Origin: an uncultured delta proteobacterium | Lineage (GTDB): Bacteria; Myxococcota; B64-G9 | Direction: 5' to 3' | NCBI GenBank assembly: GCA_963754925.1 | Contig: CAVWHX010000004.1 | Coordinates: forward strand, 544,001-608,000 | DNA length: 64,000 nucleotides | Part shown: positions 10,219 to 19,416 of the stretch, one piece after another | Numbering within the stretch: the first letter of the stretch is position 1 | Layout of the letters: every line of letters starts with the position of its first letter | Position numbers and translations under genes: made by a program | The notes under the pieces: model-generated | The model's input: the letters and a program-made list of their open reading frames with translations, nothing else | Told to the model about the DNA's origin: nothing | Database searches by the model: none

Positions 10219-10764
10219 ATGCGTAATTTGTCCATGATGTTGCTAACAACCTTAATTTTGGCCGTTGCTTTCAGAGTTTCTGCAGACACGAAAAATATCG
10301 TAAGAACAACTGTTGTCGACGATATGCGAATCGAATTAACTATCTTGCCGGCAGAACCGTTTTTCACCAGTGATGAAGTCGCTCAAAAAAATGTCAAGGA
10401 AGGGATGTTGATAATCGGCGGCGCGGAACCGCTATCGCCCGAGGCGGATATGCATCCCAACCACCATCTCGTGGTGCATGTATTCGACGCGAAAACAGGC
10501 AAGGCGATGACTACCGCCAACGTGACCATGAGCTTTCAACATTTGAATGCCAAAAGAAAACCCATTGGAGAATCGGTTAATGTTCCCGTGGTTATCATGC
10601 AAGCCATTGGAAAAGGGACTGAATCAACACACTACGGCAACAATGTGGTAATGCCTCCGGGGTTCTATTCCATCAACCTCGTGGTCGATGGCAAGAAGGC
10701 GAGTTTCCGAGTAATAGTTCCTAAAGAAGCAAGCAAGCCTTCTGGTACCATGCACATGCATTGA
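10219..10764 (+). CDS. Secreted P19/FetP-like metal (Fe/Cu) uptake protein
   Basis: RBS AGGAGG, signal peptide, HHLVVH and HYGNNV motifs, C-terminal MHMH. Confidence 0.55.
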   Translation: MRNLSMMLLTTLILAVAFRVSADTKNIVRTTVVDDMRIELTILPAEPFFTSDEVAQKNVKEGMLIIGGAEPLSPEADMHPNHHLVVHVFDAKTGKAMTTANVTMSFQHLNAKRKPIGESVNVPVVIMQAIGKGTESTHYGNNVVMPPGFYSINLVVDGKKASFRVIVPKEASKPSGTMHMH

Positions 10765-10851
10765 GGCGTCTGTTTTCACTATTTCATTCCCCAAAACAGG
10801 TGCCTGTCTCTTAGAAAACTGAATCGTGTTGTGACGAAACAACTAATAGTA

Positions 10852-10884
10852 TGGAGTTATACAGAAACTATAGAATAACTTGTT
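10852..10884 (+). repeat. Second copy of the 33-bp attI-like segment
   Basis: Identical to 3673..3705 and abuts the pfk 3'-end duplicate. Confidence 0.9.
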
Positions 10885-10948
10885 GCTGCTCGGAGAACTC
10901 AACGAATTCGGCGCGCTCGACCTCAGTAAACGGGTGCCGAAGAAATAA
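10885..10948 (+). repeat. 64-bp direct repeat, copy 2 (orphan pfk 3' end; attR-like)
   Basis: Identical to 2927..2990, including the TAA stop. Confidence 0.95.
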
Positions 10949-11022
10949 CCACGCAATTCGATAGCATAATAGTTCGGTATCGTATGAAAACGTACGAATG
11001 GTCAGAGGTCGGCCTGCGACCC

Positions 11023-12510
11023 TTACTTATATAAGTAAAGGAGATTGTCTGAAATATTTTGGGATCGATCGGCACCGTTGACCATGATGGTAATGTTCCC
11101 TTTATTGTTCAAGTTGGAGACAAGCTGGATGTCTTTTGAGTTGTATGCCCCATTTATATTATAGCCAAAAGTATACGTGTTAAGAGACATGTCAACAGTG
11201 GTTATACCGTAATTCAACAAAACAGACGACTGCCATACACTGGGCAAACCTCCAGGCAACACCGCATTGCCAAGAATTATATCATTGAATCCCGGAGTTA
11301 TTATCTTCCCAGAGAAGGAGTTGGCTGATTTATTAAGATACCCGATCCTACTCAGAAATTCGTAATAGGTTCGTACTTCAATAGATACATCACCATCCCA
11401 GTTAAATCTAATAATCGGCTGGGGCGCAACTAAATCCAATGCATTGTTATTGAACCTTATGTTATCGCCCAGAAACCACACTCCCGTTGCATCGTTCGCG
11501 TAAACGATGATCTTTATGTACTTCGTGGAATCAACCGAACTCACCGAGTATTTCCCCTGGGAGTTGATAAATGAAAATCCGGCAAAACCTGACTCCCGGC
11601 CGGTCTGAGGGTCATAATATTTGACCACGACCAACCCGCAACTCTGAGGCACCTGCTTGTATGGTGCCAGACCTCTATTCACAATCATGCCCCCGATATT
11701 AACATACCTGGGCCAGCTCAAGGACTTGAATGTGGAACCGCTAAGCCACTGATAGACCGTGGCGATAGCATTCTGGTCGTTGTGTACATTAGCATGGTCA
11801 AGACCGACAAAAAGTTTATTGGTTACATTGGCACTAGGAAGGACCGCGGTGCTAAATGCCCACACAGGGCCGTACTGGGTATCGTATTCTTTAGGATTGG
11901 GACTATTGATGTTTGAGTCGGAATCGGAGCTAAGCGCATAGTATTTTATATTTTTCGGCAACTTTTCATCGCCGGCCACACTTTTTAGAAAGTAGTTTAT
12001 TGTGTTTAGATTATAGGATCCGGATACGTTGGCATATCCGGAAATGAATACAACCTTTCTCACCTTTGAGGCCACGGCGGCATACGTTGGATTGGTTAGC
12101 AGAAGCCTGATCAAAGCTGTCCCGTTGCTGTGCCCCACGAGATCGACCTGGCTGGCACCCGTATTTTTCAACATGTCTTGAATGGCATTTATCAGTGCAG
12201 GGAGATTATAGATGACATTTCCGGTATGATTCCAGAGATTGGGATCATAAGGAGATGAGGTGTCCGTATAAGGCCAGGCATAGTCTGTCGGATCTCCGAA
12301 GAAGGCAACCCCGATCCTCGGAACCAACATGGCATTCATCCTGACTTCAGGAAACCCCTGAGCGGCAAAGTTGGCATACATGTTGTAATACGTGAGCCCT
12401 GGGCCCCCGTCCAACCCATGGATGAAGATGACCGGCGTCGGCTGAGCATCGGCATAAGCCCTAAACTGAACTGCTAGGAACAGAAACAAAAATACCACAA
12501 TCTTTTTCAT
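11023..12510 (-). CDS. Secreted alpha/beta-hydrolase (lipase-like) with C-terminal extension
   Basis: Signal peptide, PVIFIHG, nucleophile elbow VDLVGHSNG, LDHA His motif; AT-rich. Confidence 0.75.
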   Translation of the reverse strand: MKKIVVFLFLFLAVQFRAYADAQPTPVIFIHGLDGGPGLTYYNMYANFAAQGFPEVRMNAMLVPRIGVAFFGDPTDYAWPYTDTSSPYDPNLWNHTGNVIYNLPALINAIQDMLKNTGASQVDLVGHSNGTALIRLLLTNPTYAAVASKVRKVVFISGYANVSGSYNLNTINYFLKSVAGDEKLPKNIKYYALSSDSDSNINSPNPKEYDTQYGPVWAFSTAVLPSANVTNKLFVGLDHANVHNDQNAIATVYQWLSGSTFKSLSWPRYVNIGGMIVNRGLAPYKQVPQSCGLVVVKYYDPQTGRESGFAGFSFINSQGKYSVSSVDSTKYIKIIVYANDATGVWFLGDNIRFNNNALDLVAPQPIIRFNWDGDVSIEVRTYYEFLSRIGYLNKSANSFSGKIITPGFNDIILGNAVLPGGLPSVWQSSVLLNYGITTVDMSLNTYTFGYNINGAYNSKDIQLVSNLNNKGNITIMVNGADRSQNISDNLLYLYK

Positions 12511-12761
12511 AAAGAATCTCCTCTCGTAAAAGTTATATTTTCACCAGCGCATTCGATACGGACGCCAGATGAAAATCTTTTGGTGTAGGCAAACAGATGC
12601 ACCTTTGATTCCCTTGGTGCCAGACTTCTACAGCATCTCGGCAAATTTAGTGTCATAATGATAGTGAATTTCTTTCAGGTCAATAACTTTTTTCCATCGT
12701 TCCCTTGATCAGGGATAAAGTCACCCATTGACACGGGAGGGGCAATAATACGAACCTGATT

Positions 12762-12905
12762 ACCCAACGAAGCAATCCAGCCGACGTCTTGCGGCCGCGG
12801 CGTGGTGATAGGAAAAACAGACGGTATGTCGTTGACAAGAGGCAAGCAAGCCTAATCATTTGTTTAACAAACGGCTGCAGCGAATGGAGCACTGCCGCTG
12901 AGCCT
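12762..12905 (+). mobile_element. Two degenerate attC-like remnants
   Basis: ACCCAAC..AATCCAGCCGACG..CGCGGC (truncated) and GTTTAACAAACGGCTGCAGCG..CGCTGAGCC (no intact R'). Confidence 0.5.
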
Positions 12906-12920
12906 TTAAGGAGGTTTCCC

Positions 12921-13178
12921 ATGAGTAATTTCGAAGAAGTCTTCAATCGATCGGGTTTCTCGCGATTTATCAACAGTCAGGCGGGCCGTATCTTTCGTTT
13001 GGTGGCCGGCGTAGCATTCCTTGTGGTTGGCTTTATGTATCGGCACCATACGCTCGGCGTGCTGTCTATGATATGGAGTGTTTTCCCCTTGAGCGCTGGA
13101 GTGTTTGACCTTTGCTACTTCAGCGCTTTATTGGGCGGTCCGCTATCTGGCGCAAAGATTCGCGATAAGTACAAATAA
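12921..13178 (+). CDS. Small YgaP/DUF2892-like membrane protein
   Basis: RBS AAGGAGG; two TM segments; GRIFRLVAG...FDLCYFSALLG. Confidence 0.6.
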   Translation: MSNFEEVFNRSGFSRFINSQAGRIFRLVAGVAFLVVGFMYRHHTLGVLSMIWSVFPLSAGVFDLCYFSALLGGPLSGAKIRDKYK

Positions 13179-13207
13179 CTTGGCCACGCCGTACGAAATG
13201 ATAACGC

Positions 13208-14041
13208 TTACGACAGATCCATGGCGATATCGACCGCCGGGGCGCTGTGGGTAATGGTGCCGACCGAGACAAAGTCCACGCCGGTTTTCGCAACGGCCCG
13301 TACGGTCTCGAGCGTGACCCGACCCGAGGCTTCGAGTTTTGCTTGCCTGTTGACCAATCGGACCGCCTTGACCATGAGCGCGGGCTTCATGTTGTCGAGC
13401 ATGATTATATCGGCGCCGGCCGAAAGCGCCGCGCGCACCTGCGCGAGCGACTCGGCCTCGACCTCAATCTTCACCTTCGGTCCGACTCGCTTACGGGCGG
13501 TCGCGACCGCGCGTTGAATCGACCCCTGCGCGACAATATGATTGTCCTTGATGAGCATCCCGTCGAATAACCCCATGCGATGATTGCTCCCGCCGCCGGC
13601 GCGCACCGCCGCCTTCTCGAGCGCGCGCATCCCGGGCGTGGTCTTGCGAGTATCGAGCAGTCGGCAGCGTGTTCCGCGTAGTTCCTTCACATACCGGCGG
13701 GTCAACGTGGCCACACCTGAGAGATGCCGGGTAAAATTCAGCGCGGTCCGTTCGCCGGAAAGTAACGCCTGCAGTGGACCGGTGACGACCGCGAGCGTCG
13801 CGCCGCTGCGGACAGCCGCACCCTCTTTCACCCGGGATTTGAAACGACAGCGCGCATCCAGCCGTGCGAAAACCGCAGCGGCAACGTCCAAACCGCTTAC
13901 GACCAGGGGTTCGCGGGAGATAAAACGGGCCCTGCCGCGATCGCTTTCAGAACACAGCGCCTGTGACGTCAGGTCACCCGCGCCCACATCCTCCTGCAGC
14001 GCAAGGTCTATAAGCATGGAGAGCTGCGCACGCGGATCCAT
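13208..14041 (-). CDS. nadC: Quinolinate phosphoribosyltransferase
   Basis: EDVGAGDLT, ERTALNF, DTRKTTPG, HRMGLFD, IKDNH and IMLDNM. Confidence 0.97.
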   Translation of the reverse strand: MDPRAQLSMLIDLALQEDVGAGDLTSQALCSESDRGRARFISREPLVVSGLDVAAAVFARLDARCRFKSRVKEGAAVRSGATLAVVTGPLQALLSGERTALNFTRHLSGVATLTRRYVKELRGTRCRLLDTRKTTPGMRALEKAAVRAGGGSNHRMGLFDGMLIKDNHIVAQGSIQRAVATARKRVGPKVKIEVEAESLAQVRAALSAGADIIMLDNMKPALMVKAVRLVNRQAKLEASGRVTLETVRAVAKTGVDFVSVGTITHSAPAVDIAMDLS

Positions 14042-14045
14042 GAGG

Positions 14046-16715
14046 CTATTCTTTGCTCCAACGCTCAATCTGTGCAAACGCGCGATTCAGTTTTTCAAGC
14101 TTGTCGCGTGCCTCATCCAACTTGCTCCGTTCTTTTTCGATGATTTCGGCCGGCGCGCGTTCGGTAAAGGCCGGATTATTAAGCTTTTTGTCGGCGCGGG
14201 AGACATCGTCGCGGGCCTTCTGGATTTCCTTGCCGAGCCTGGCCCGCTCGGAATCAAAGTCGACAAGGCCGGCCAACGGCACGCAGATCTCCAGTTCTCC
14301 GAGTACCGCAACCGCCGCCTGCTTAGGATGCGCGCCCGGCTCGCCCAAGTGCAATGCCGAAAGCCGCGCCAGGTGCATGATCGTGTCGCGATGGCGATCG
14401 AGGGTGGCCAGGAGCTGTCGGTCGCTACTCAGCAGGTGCGCCGTCAACGGTTTCCCGGGCGGGAGATTGCTCTCCCCGCGCAGATTCCTCACGCCGGTCA
14501 CGGCAGAAATCACCCCATTGATTTCGTGCAGAGCTTCCGGATCATCGGGCAACGCGTCAGCGGTCGGCCAGTCGGCGTTAATCAAAAATTCACTTTTTCG
14601 CTCGGTAAGCGGGAGCTTTTGCCAGAGTTCCTCGGTTACAAACGGAGTGAAGGGATGCAGCAGGCGCAGCGCCACATCCAGCACGGTCAGAAGCGTGCGC
14701 TGGCACTCGGCGCGCGCGGCCGCCCCGGCGCGGCCGGCCAACACCGGCTTTACCAACTCAAGGTACCAATCGCAGAACTCATGCCAGAAAAACCCATACA
14801 GCGTCGAAGCGGCATCGTTGAAACGGAAGTCTTGCAGCGCGGTCGTCACCTCGATGACGACCTGGCGGGTGCGGCTGAGAATCCAACGGTCGTAGAGGCT
14901 GCGCTGCGTCGCTTGCGCAGCCGAGCACGGATCGAAATCGCCGAGGTTGAGCTCTGCAAAACGGGCGGCGTTCCAAATCTTGTTGATAAAATGGCGATAG
15001 CCCTCGACCCGGTCGGTACTGAGTTTTATATCGCGCCCCTGGGCGGCCAAGATCGCCAGCGTAAAGCGCAGCGCGTCCGCACCCGTTTGCGCCGTGAGCG
15101 CGAGCGGATCGATCACGTTGCCCCTGGTCTTGGACATCTTGCGCCCCTCGGCGTCGCGCACCATGGCGTGCAGGAACACCGTTCGAAACGGCACATCGCC
15201 CATGAACTTCAACCCCATCATCAGCATGCGCGCTACCCAGAAAAAGATGATATCAAAGCCGGTCTCCATGACCGAGGTGGGGTAGTATTTTTTCAAAGTG
15301 GCGGTCTGCTCAGGCCAACCCATGGTGGAAAATGGCCACAGTGCCGAGGAAAACCATGTGTCCAGGACGTCGGGGTCCTGCGTAAGATCGGCCGAGCCAC
15401 AGGCGGGGCAGCGCGCGGGGGGTTCACGGGCCACGATTACTTCGCCGCACGCACAGGTCCAGGCCGGAATGCGATGGCCCCACCACAGCTGGCGCGAAAT
15501 GCACCAATCGCGGATATTGTACATCCACTCATAGAAGGTCTTCTCCCAGCTCTGCGGTATAAACACGGTGCGGCCCGACTTGACCGCCGCGATGGCGGGC
15601 TCGGCCAGCGGCTGCACACGCACGAACCATTGCTTGCTGAGCAACGGTTCAATGATCGTTTCGCACCGTTGGCAGTGGCTGAGCTCAACCTGGTAGTCTT
15701 TGATATCGGAGAGCAGTTCCTGCGCCTGTAACGCGGCGAGCACCCGCTCGCGGGCCTCGAAACGATCCAATCCGGCGAAGTCTTTCCCGGCCGCTTCGGT
15801 CATGCGCCCGTCAAAACCAATCACCGATAGCGAGGGCAACTGGTGCCGCCGGCCCGTCTCAAAATCGTTGAAGTCGTGCGCCGGGGTAACCTTGACGCAG
15901 CCGGTGCCAAACTCAGGGTCGACCAATTCGGCGTCCGCCACGACCGGGATACGGCGGCCGGTCAAGGGCAACTCGACCTCTCGGCCTATCAGATCGCGAT
16001 AGCGGGGATCCTCGGGGTGAACCGCGAGGGCGGTATCGCCGAGCATGGTTTCGGGCCGGGTGGTGGCGACCGAGAGCCTGCGCGTGCTTCCCGGCACCGG
16101 ATAATCAATGGTCCAGAGCTTTCCCGGCGTAGACTTGAGCGTCACCTCAAGATCGGACAGCGCCGTCTGACAGCGCGGACACCAGTTTATCAGTCGGAGG
16201 TCACGATAAATCAGGCCTTCCTCATGGAGGCGCACAAAGACCTCGCGCACGGCTCGCGAGAGGCCGTCGTCCATGGTAAAGCGGGTGCGGCGCCAGTCGA
16301 CCGAGGCTCCCATGGCCTGGGTCTGTTCGTTGATTCGGTTGCCGTGTTTTTCTTTCCACTCCCAAACCTTCTTCAGAAATGCCTCACGCCCGATCTGCAA
16401 ACGGCTTACGCCCTCCTGGCCCAGCGCGCGTTCGACCACCAACTGGGTGGCTATCCCCGCGTGGTCGGTGCCCGGCAACCAGAGGGTGTTATAGCCGCTC
16501 ATGCGCTTCCAGCGGGTCAGGATATCCTGGATGCTCAGAACCAGGGCGTGCCCAATGTGCAAGGTGCCCGTGATGTTCGGCGGCGGCAAAACGATCGAGA
16601 ACGCCGGCCGCTGGTCGGCTTCGTTGGCATCGAAACAGCCTCGTTCTATCCAGATTTTTGACCAGTGCGGCTCAATTTCTTTCGGATCGTATTGCTTTGG
16701 TAGTTGCCTATCCAT
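14046..16715 (-). CDS. valS: Valyl-tRNA synthetase
   Basis: PPPNITGTLHIGH, DHAGIATQ, DWCISRQLWWGH, KMSKT and a C-terminal coiled coil. Confidence 0.98.
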   Translation of the reverse strand: MDRQLPKQYDPKEIEPHWSKIWIERGCFDANEADQRPAFSIVLPPPNITGTLHIGHALVLSIQDILTRWKRMSGYNTLWLPGTDHAGIATQLVVERALGQEGVSRLQIGREAFLKKVWEWKEKHGNRINEQTQAMGASVDWRRTRFTMDDGLSRAVREVFVRLHEEGLIYRDLRLINWCPRCQTALSDLEVTLKSTPGKLWTIDYPVPGSTRRLSVATTRPETMLGDTALAVHPEDPRYRDLIGREVELPLTGRRIPVVADAELVDPEFGTGCVKVTPAHDFNDFETGRRHQLPSLSVIGFDGRMTEAAGKDFAGLDRFEARERVLAALQAQELLSDIKDYQVELSHCQRCETIIEPLLSKQWFVRVQPLAEPAIAAVKSGRTVFIPQSWEKTFYEWMYNIRDWCISRQLWWGHRIPAWTCACGEVIVAREPPARCPACGSADLTQDPDVLDTWFSSALWPFSTMGWPEQTATLKKYYPTSVMETGFDIIFFWVARMLMMGLKFMGDVPFRTVFLHAMVRDAEGRKMSKTRGNVIDPLALTAQTGADALRFTLAILAAQGRDIKLSTDRVEGYRHFINKIWNAARFAELNLGDFDPCSAAQATQRSLYDRWILSRTRQVVIEVTTALQDFRFNDAASTLYGFFWHEFCDWYLELVKPVLAGRAGAAARAECQRTLLTVLDVALRLLHPFTPFVTEELWQKLPLTERKSEFLINADWPTADALPDDPEALHEINGVISAVTGVRNLRGESNLPPGKPLTAHLLSSDRQLLATLDRHRDTIMHLARLSALHLGEPGAHPKQAAVAVLGELEICVPLAGLVDFDSERARLGKEIQKARDDVSRADKKLNNPAFTERAPAEIIEKERSKLDEARDKLEKLNRAFAQIERWSKE

Positions 16716-16816
16716 GGATGAAACTCCTTCGGCCGGATAATCCATTTCGTCAGTGCCCACGAATGGATTCTTGATCGTTTCTCTACGCTACTGGGGGTAA
16801 AAAAGAAAGGTCTTTT

Positions 16817-18652
16817 CTATTCGGCCAACTTCTCTTGCACCAACTTTTCGATTTCCTCGCGGAGAATGGTCTCGGCGAGTTGGGGAACAACCTCCCAGAC
16901 CACTTTCTCGATTATCTCTCGGGCAATGGCCTCTAGTTCTGACTTTGATAGCTGTGGCGCAGTCGGTTTGTCAACCGCGGCTTCCATAGCCGCCGCCGTT
17001 GTCTTGGTCGCCGCCATCGCGGCTGCCGTCGCGAGTTCAAAGGGGGCTTTCGGCGCCTCGCGACCGATGGCGGGAGGTCGCTTTTCTTCACGCACCGCTT
17101 CGCGTTCGATCTTCTCGGCCGGCGCCGGAAGAGCCAACTCGGGAACCGATCCGGACGCTTGGTCGATCAGCATTTCCTCTTCGATCTCAACCGAGGGCAA
17201 CTCGATGTTTTCCGCCGGGAGGACTTCCGGTATGGGTTCTAGGCGCAGCGGCTTAGCTTCAAAGGGCCTCTCGTGCGGCGCGGGCTCCGCACCAATAGCA
17301 CGTTTGGCGGACTCGGGTCCGATTGGTGGGGGCCTACCTACCGTTGACGTGGCAACTTCAAGAAGTGACAAGTCATCAGAAGGCATTCCCGGTCTGGCTG
17401 GAGGCTCGGTTGCGATCCGCTTTTCCGTCGCTTTGCGATCGGAACCGGTTCCGGTCATGAGGTTGGGTATGGGTCTGGTGATATCGTCTTTGGCTCCCCA
17501 GATGTCAACTCCTTCTACATCCAGAGATTCAAGGGGCTCGAGCGGCTGGGTTTCGGAGCCCGTGGCCAACGGCCTGAACGTCGGTCGGCCGGTTTCACCC
17601 GCCGATTCCAAACCAACAAGCTCGGGCTCGAGTGGTTCCGGTTCAAGCGGTTCAGGTTCCAGAATGGTGCTTGATTCTGATTCGAATGCAGAAGGTTCTA
17701 GTGGATAAGACTCAAACGCTTTTTTGCTTATACTGGGCTCTTCAAAGAGCGTCGATTCCAGAGGCTTTGATGCTCCCGTTGGGATTGCCGATTCTTTCTC
17801 CGTATGCGCGGCAGGGAATGGCGCCGTCGGAATGGCCGCAAACGGTGGGGGGATCACCGTTGGCGTTGGCTGCGCTATCACCCGTGGCGCCGCTGGCACA
17901 ACAGAAGGCGGCATACCCGTGCTCGGCGGCGCCGCTGACGGCATTGCCAGCGGCCGTGGCGCGGATGCCATCGGTTGTGTCACGGGGCGCGGCGTCTGGG
18001 GAACCGATTGGGGCGTCAGGGGCCGTGGTATCATCGGCTCCCCCGGCGCATAGCCAGCGCTCGGCTGAGGTCCTGGTGCAACTGGTCGCGGCGATTGCGG
18101 TCCCGGACCGGGGACCGTGGGACGCGGTGGCTGTCCAAAAGCGCTCGGCATCGGCGCAGACGTCGGCCTGCCTGAGGTCATGGGAATCCCATTCCACGGC
18201 GTCATCGGTTGAGGCTGCACAACAACGCGCGGCGAGCCGCCCGCAGGCGCCGTCTGCGCCACCCCCACAGGAATCGGGACGGCACCGGCGCTCAACAGAC
18301 CATTGACCTTATCTATCAGTGCCTGGCTCTCAAATGGCTTAGTGATATGACCGTTGGCGCCTACCGCCCGCGCGCGGTTCTCATCAAAAGCCTCAAACGT
18401 GCCGGCGAGCAACAGTACCGGGGTTGCACGGAGCGCAGGATCTGATTTGATCGCTTGGCAAACCTCATAACCGTTCTTTTTAGGCATGATGACGTCGGCC
18501 AGAATGATATTCGGCTTTAGTTCTTTGGCCTTTTGGACAGCGTCCTCACCATTGTCAACAGTGGTAATTTCAAAATCCTCATTGGCGAACGTTATACCAA
18601 CCACCCTCTGGATGGTGATGCTGTCGTCTGCCAGCAGCAGGGTCCTCGGCAT
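16817..18652 (-). CDS. romR: RomR-like response regulator (receiver, Pro-rich linker, Glu-rich C-terminus)
   Basis: N-terminal REC (LADDS, ADVIMP, KPF); long Pro/Ala/Glu linker; C-terminal REIIEKVVWEVVPQLAETILREEIEKL as in RomR; lies upstream of valS. Confidence 0.8.
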   Translation of the reverse strand: MPRTLLLADDSITIQRVVGITFANEDFEITTVDNGEDAVQKAKELKPNIILADVIMPKKNGYEVCQAIKSDPALRATPVLLLAGTFEAFDENRARAVGANGHITKPFESQALIDKVNGLLSAGAVPIPVGVAQTAPAGGSPRVVVQPQPMTPWNGIPMTSGRPTSAPMPSAFGQPPRPTVPGPGPQSPRPVAPGPQPSAGYAPGEPMIPRPLTPQSVPQTPRPVTQPMASAPRPLAMPSAAPPSTGMPPSVVPAAPRVIAQPTPTVIPPPFAAIPTAPFPAAHTEKESAIPTGASKPLESTLFEEPSISKKAFESYPLEPSAFESESSTILEPEPLEPEPLEPELVGLESAGETGRPTFRPLATGSETQPLEPLESLDVEGVDIWGAKDDITRPIPNLMTGTGSDRKATEKRIATEPPARPGMPSDDLSLLEVATSTVGRPPPIGPESAKRAIGAEPAPHERPFEAKPLRLEPIPEVLPAENIELPSVEIEEEMLIDQASGSVPELALPAPAEKIEREAVREEKRPPAIGREAPKAPFELATAAAMAATKTTAAAMEAAVDKPTAPQLSKSELEAIAREIIEKVVWEVVPQLAETILREEIEKLVQEKLAE

Positions 18653-18895
18653 CGATGCCTCCTTGCCCCCCCAAACGCGAACCATACCCGGTGTTACAAG
18701 GGGGTGGTATACAGGATGGATGTATGCTCGAACAACCACAAAATCACCCTGTTATGTAACATAGCGATCATGAAACTGTCAAGGAAGTGTCCTTGAAGAT
18801 AGCGCAGGTTTTAGTGTGAAAGGTATATACCTGCTCGATTGTTACGAAATTTAATACGCCGGTCGCGCTGCGCCGACAACCTCTCTTTTTGATTA

Positions 18896-19153
18896 TCAGA
18901 CGGTCGTGTTTTCGGAAGGTATGGCGCCGGTTTCATACGCGCGGATCAGGTATCCCAGGATGATCATGGAGGCGGCGTTCTCGACCACTTTGTGAGCGTC
19001 GGCCTCGATTGCCTGGCGAGCGTAATTGAACATGGCTGAAGCAAGCTCCTCGCCGACAACCGAACGAATGACATTCTGGAGCCGCTCAGGCTCCATACGG
19101 GAAAGTTCGGCGAGGAACAGCAGGGCAACGTCTTTCTTTTTATTTGGTTCCAT
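18896..19153 (-). CDS. Hypothetical small helical protein
   Basis: Clean ATG ORF filling the intergenic space with protein-like composition. Confidence 0.6.
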   Translation of the reverse strand: MEPNKKKDVALLFLAELSRMEPERLQNVIRSVVGEELASAMFNYARQAIEADAHKVVENAASMIILGYLIRAYETGAIPSENTTV

Positions 19154-19416
19154 GGCGCCACCGTATCAACTCGACCGGGGCAGGTCAATAGCCGAGCACC
19201 CCGCCCCGGATGACTGGTAGAAGAAAAAGATACAGATTCGTCAGAAACGACCTGGTCAGACTATCTAAACGACATATCCGTCGGTTGTTTCGTAACGACT
19301 GTAAAGCGGAGTATACCGCTGTTCGTTGTGAGTGTATCGCAGGAAGTCGATCCGACGCAATCGTCGGGGGCGAGGTGTACGGCTTTAGTACCTATCATTT
19401 CTCACCATGGCAACGG

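Noticed and set aside
13584..15731. 715-aa plus-strand ORF and similar long ORFs (19651..21009, 49022..50557, 58370..59314, 62504..63460)
   Set aside because: Antisense shadows of well-supported GC-rich genes, with no motifs of their own.
18896..19153. RomX candidate next to romR
   Set aside because: Similar size, but it lacks the RLAR.I.SDI.LYN pattern I recall for RomX.
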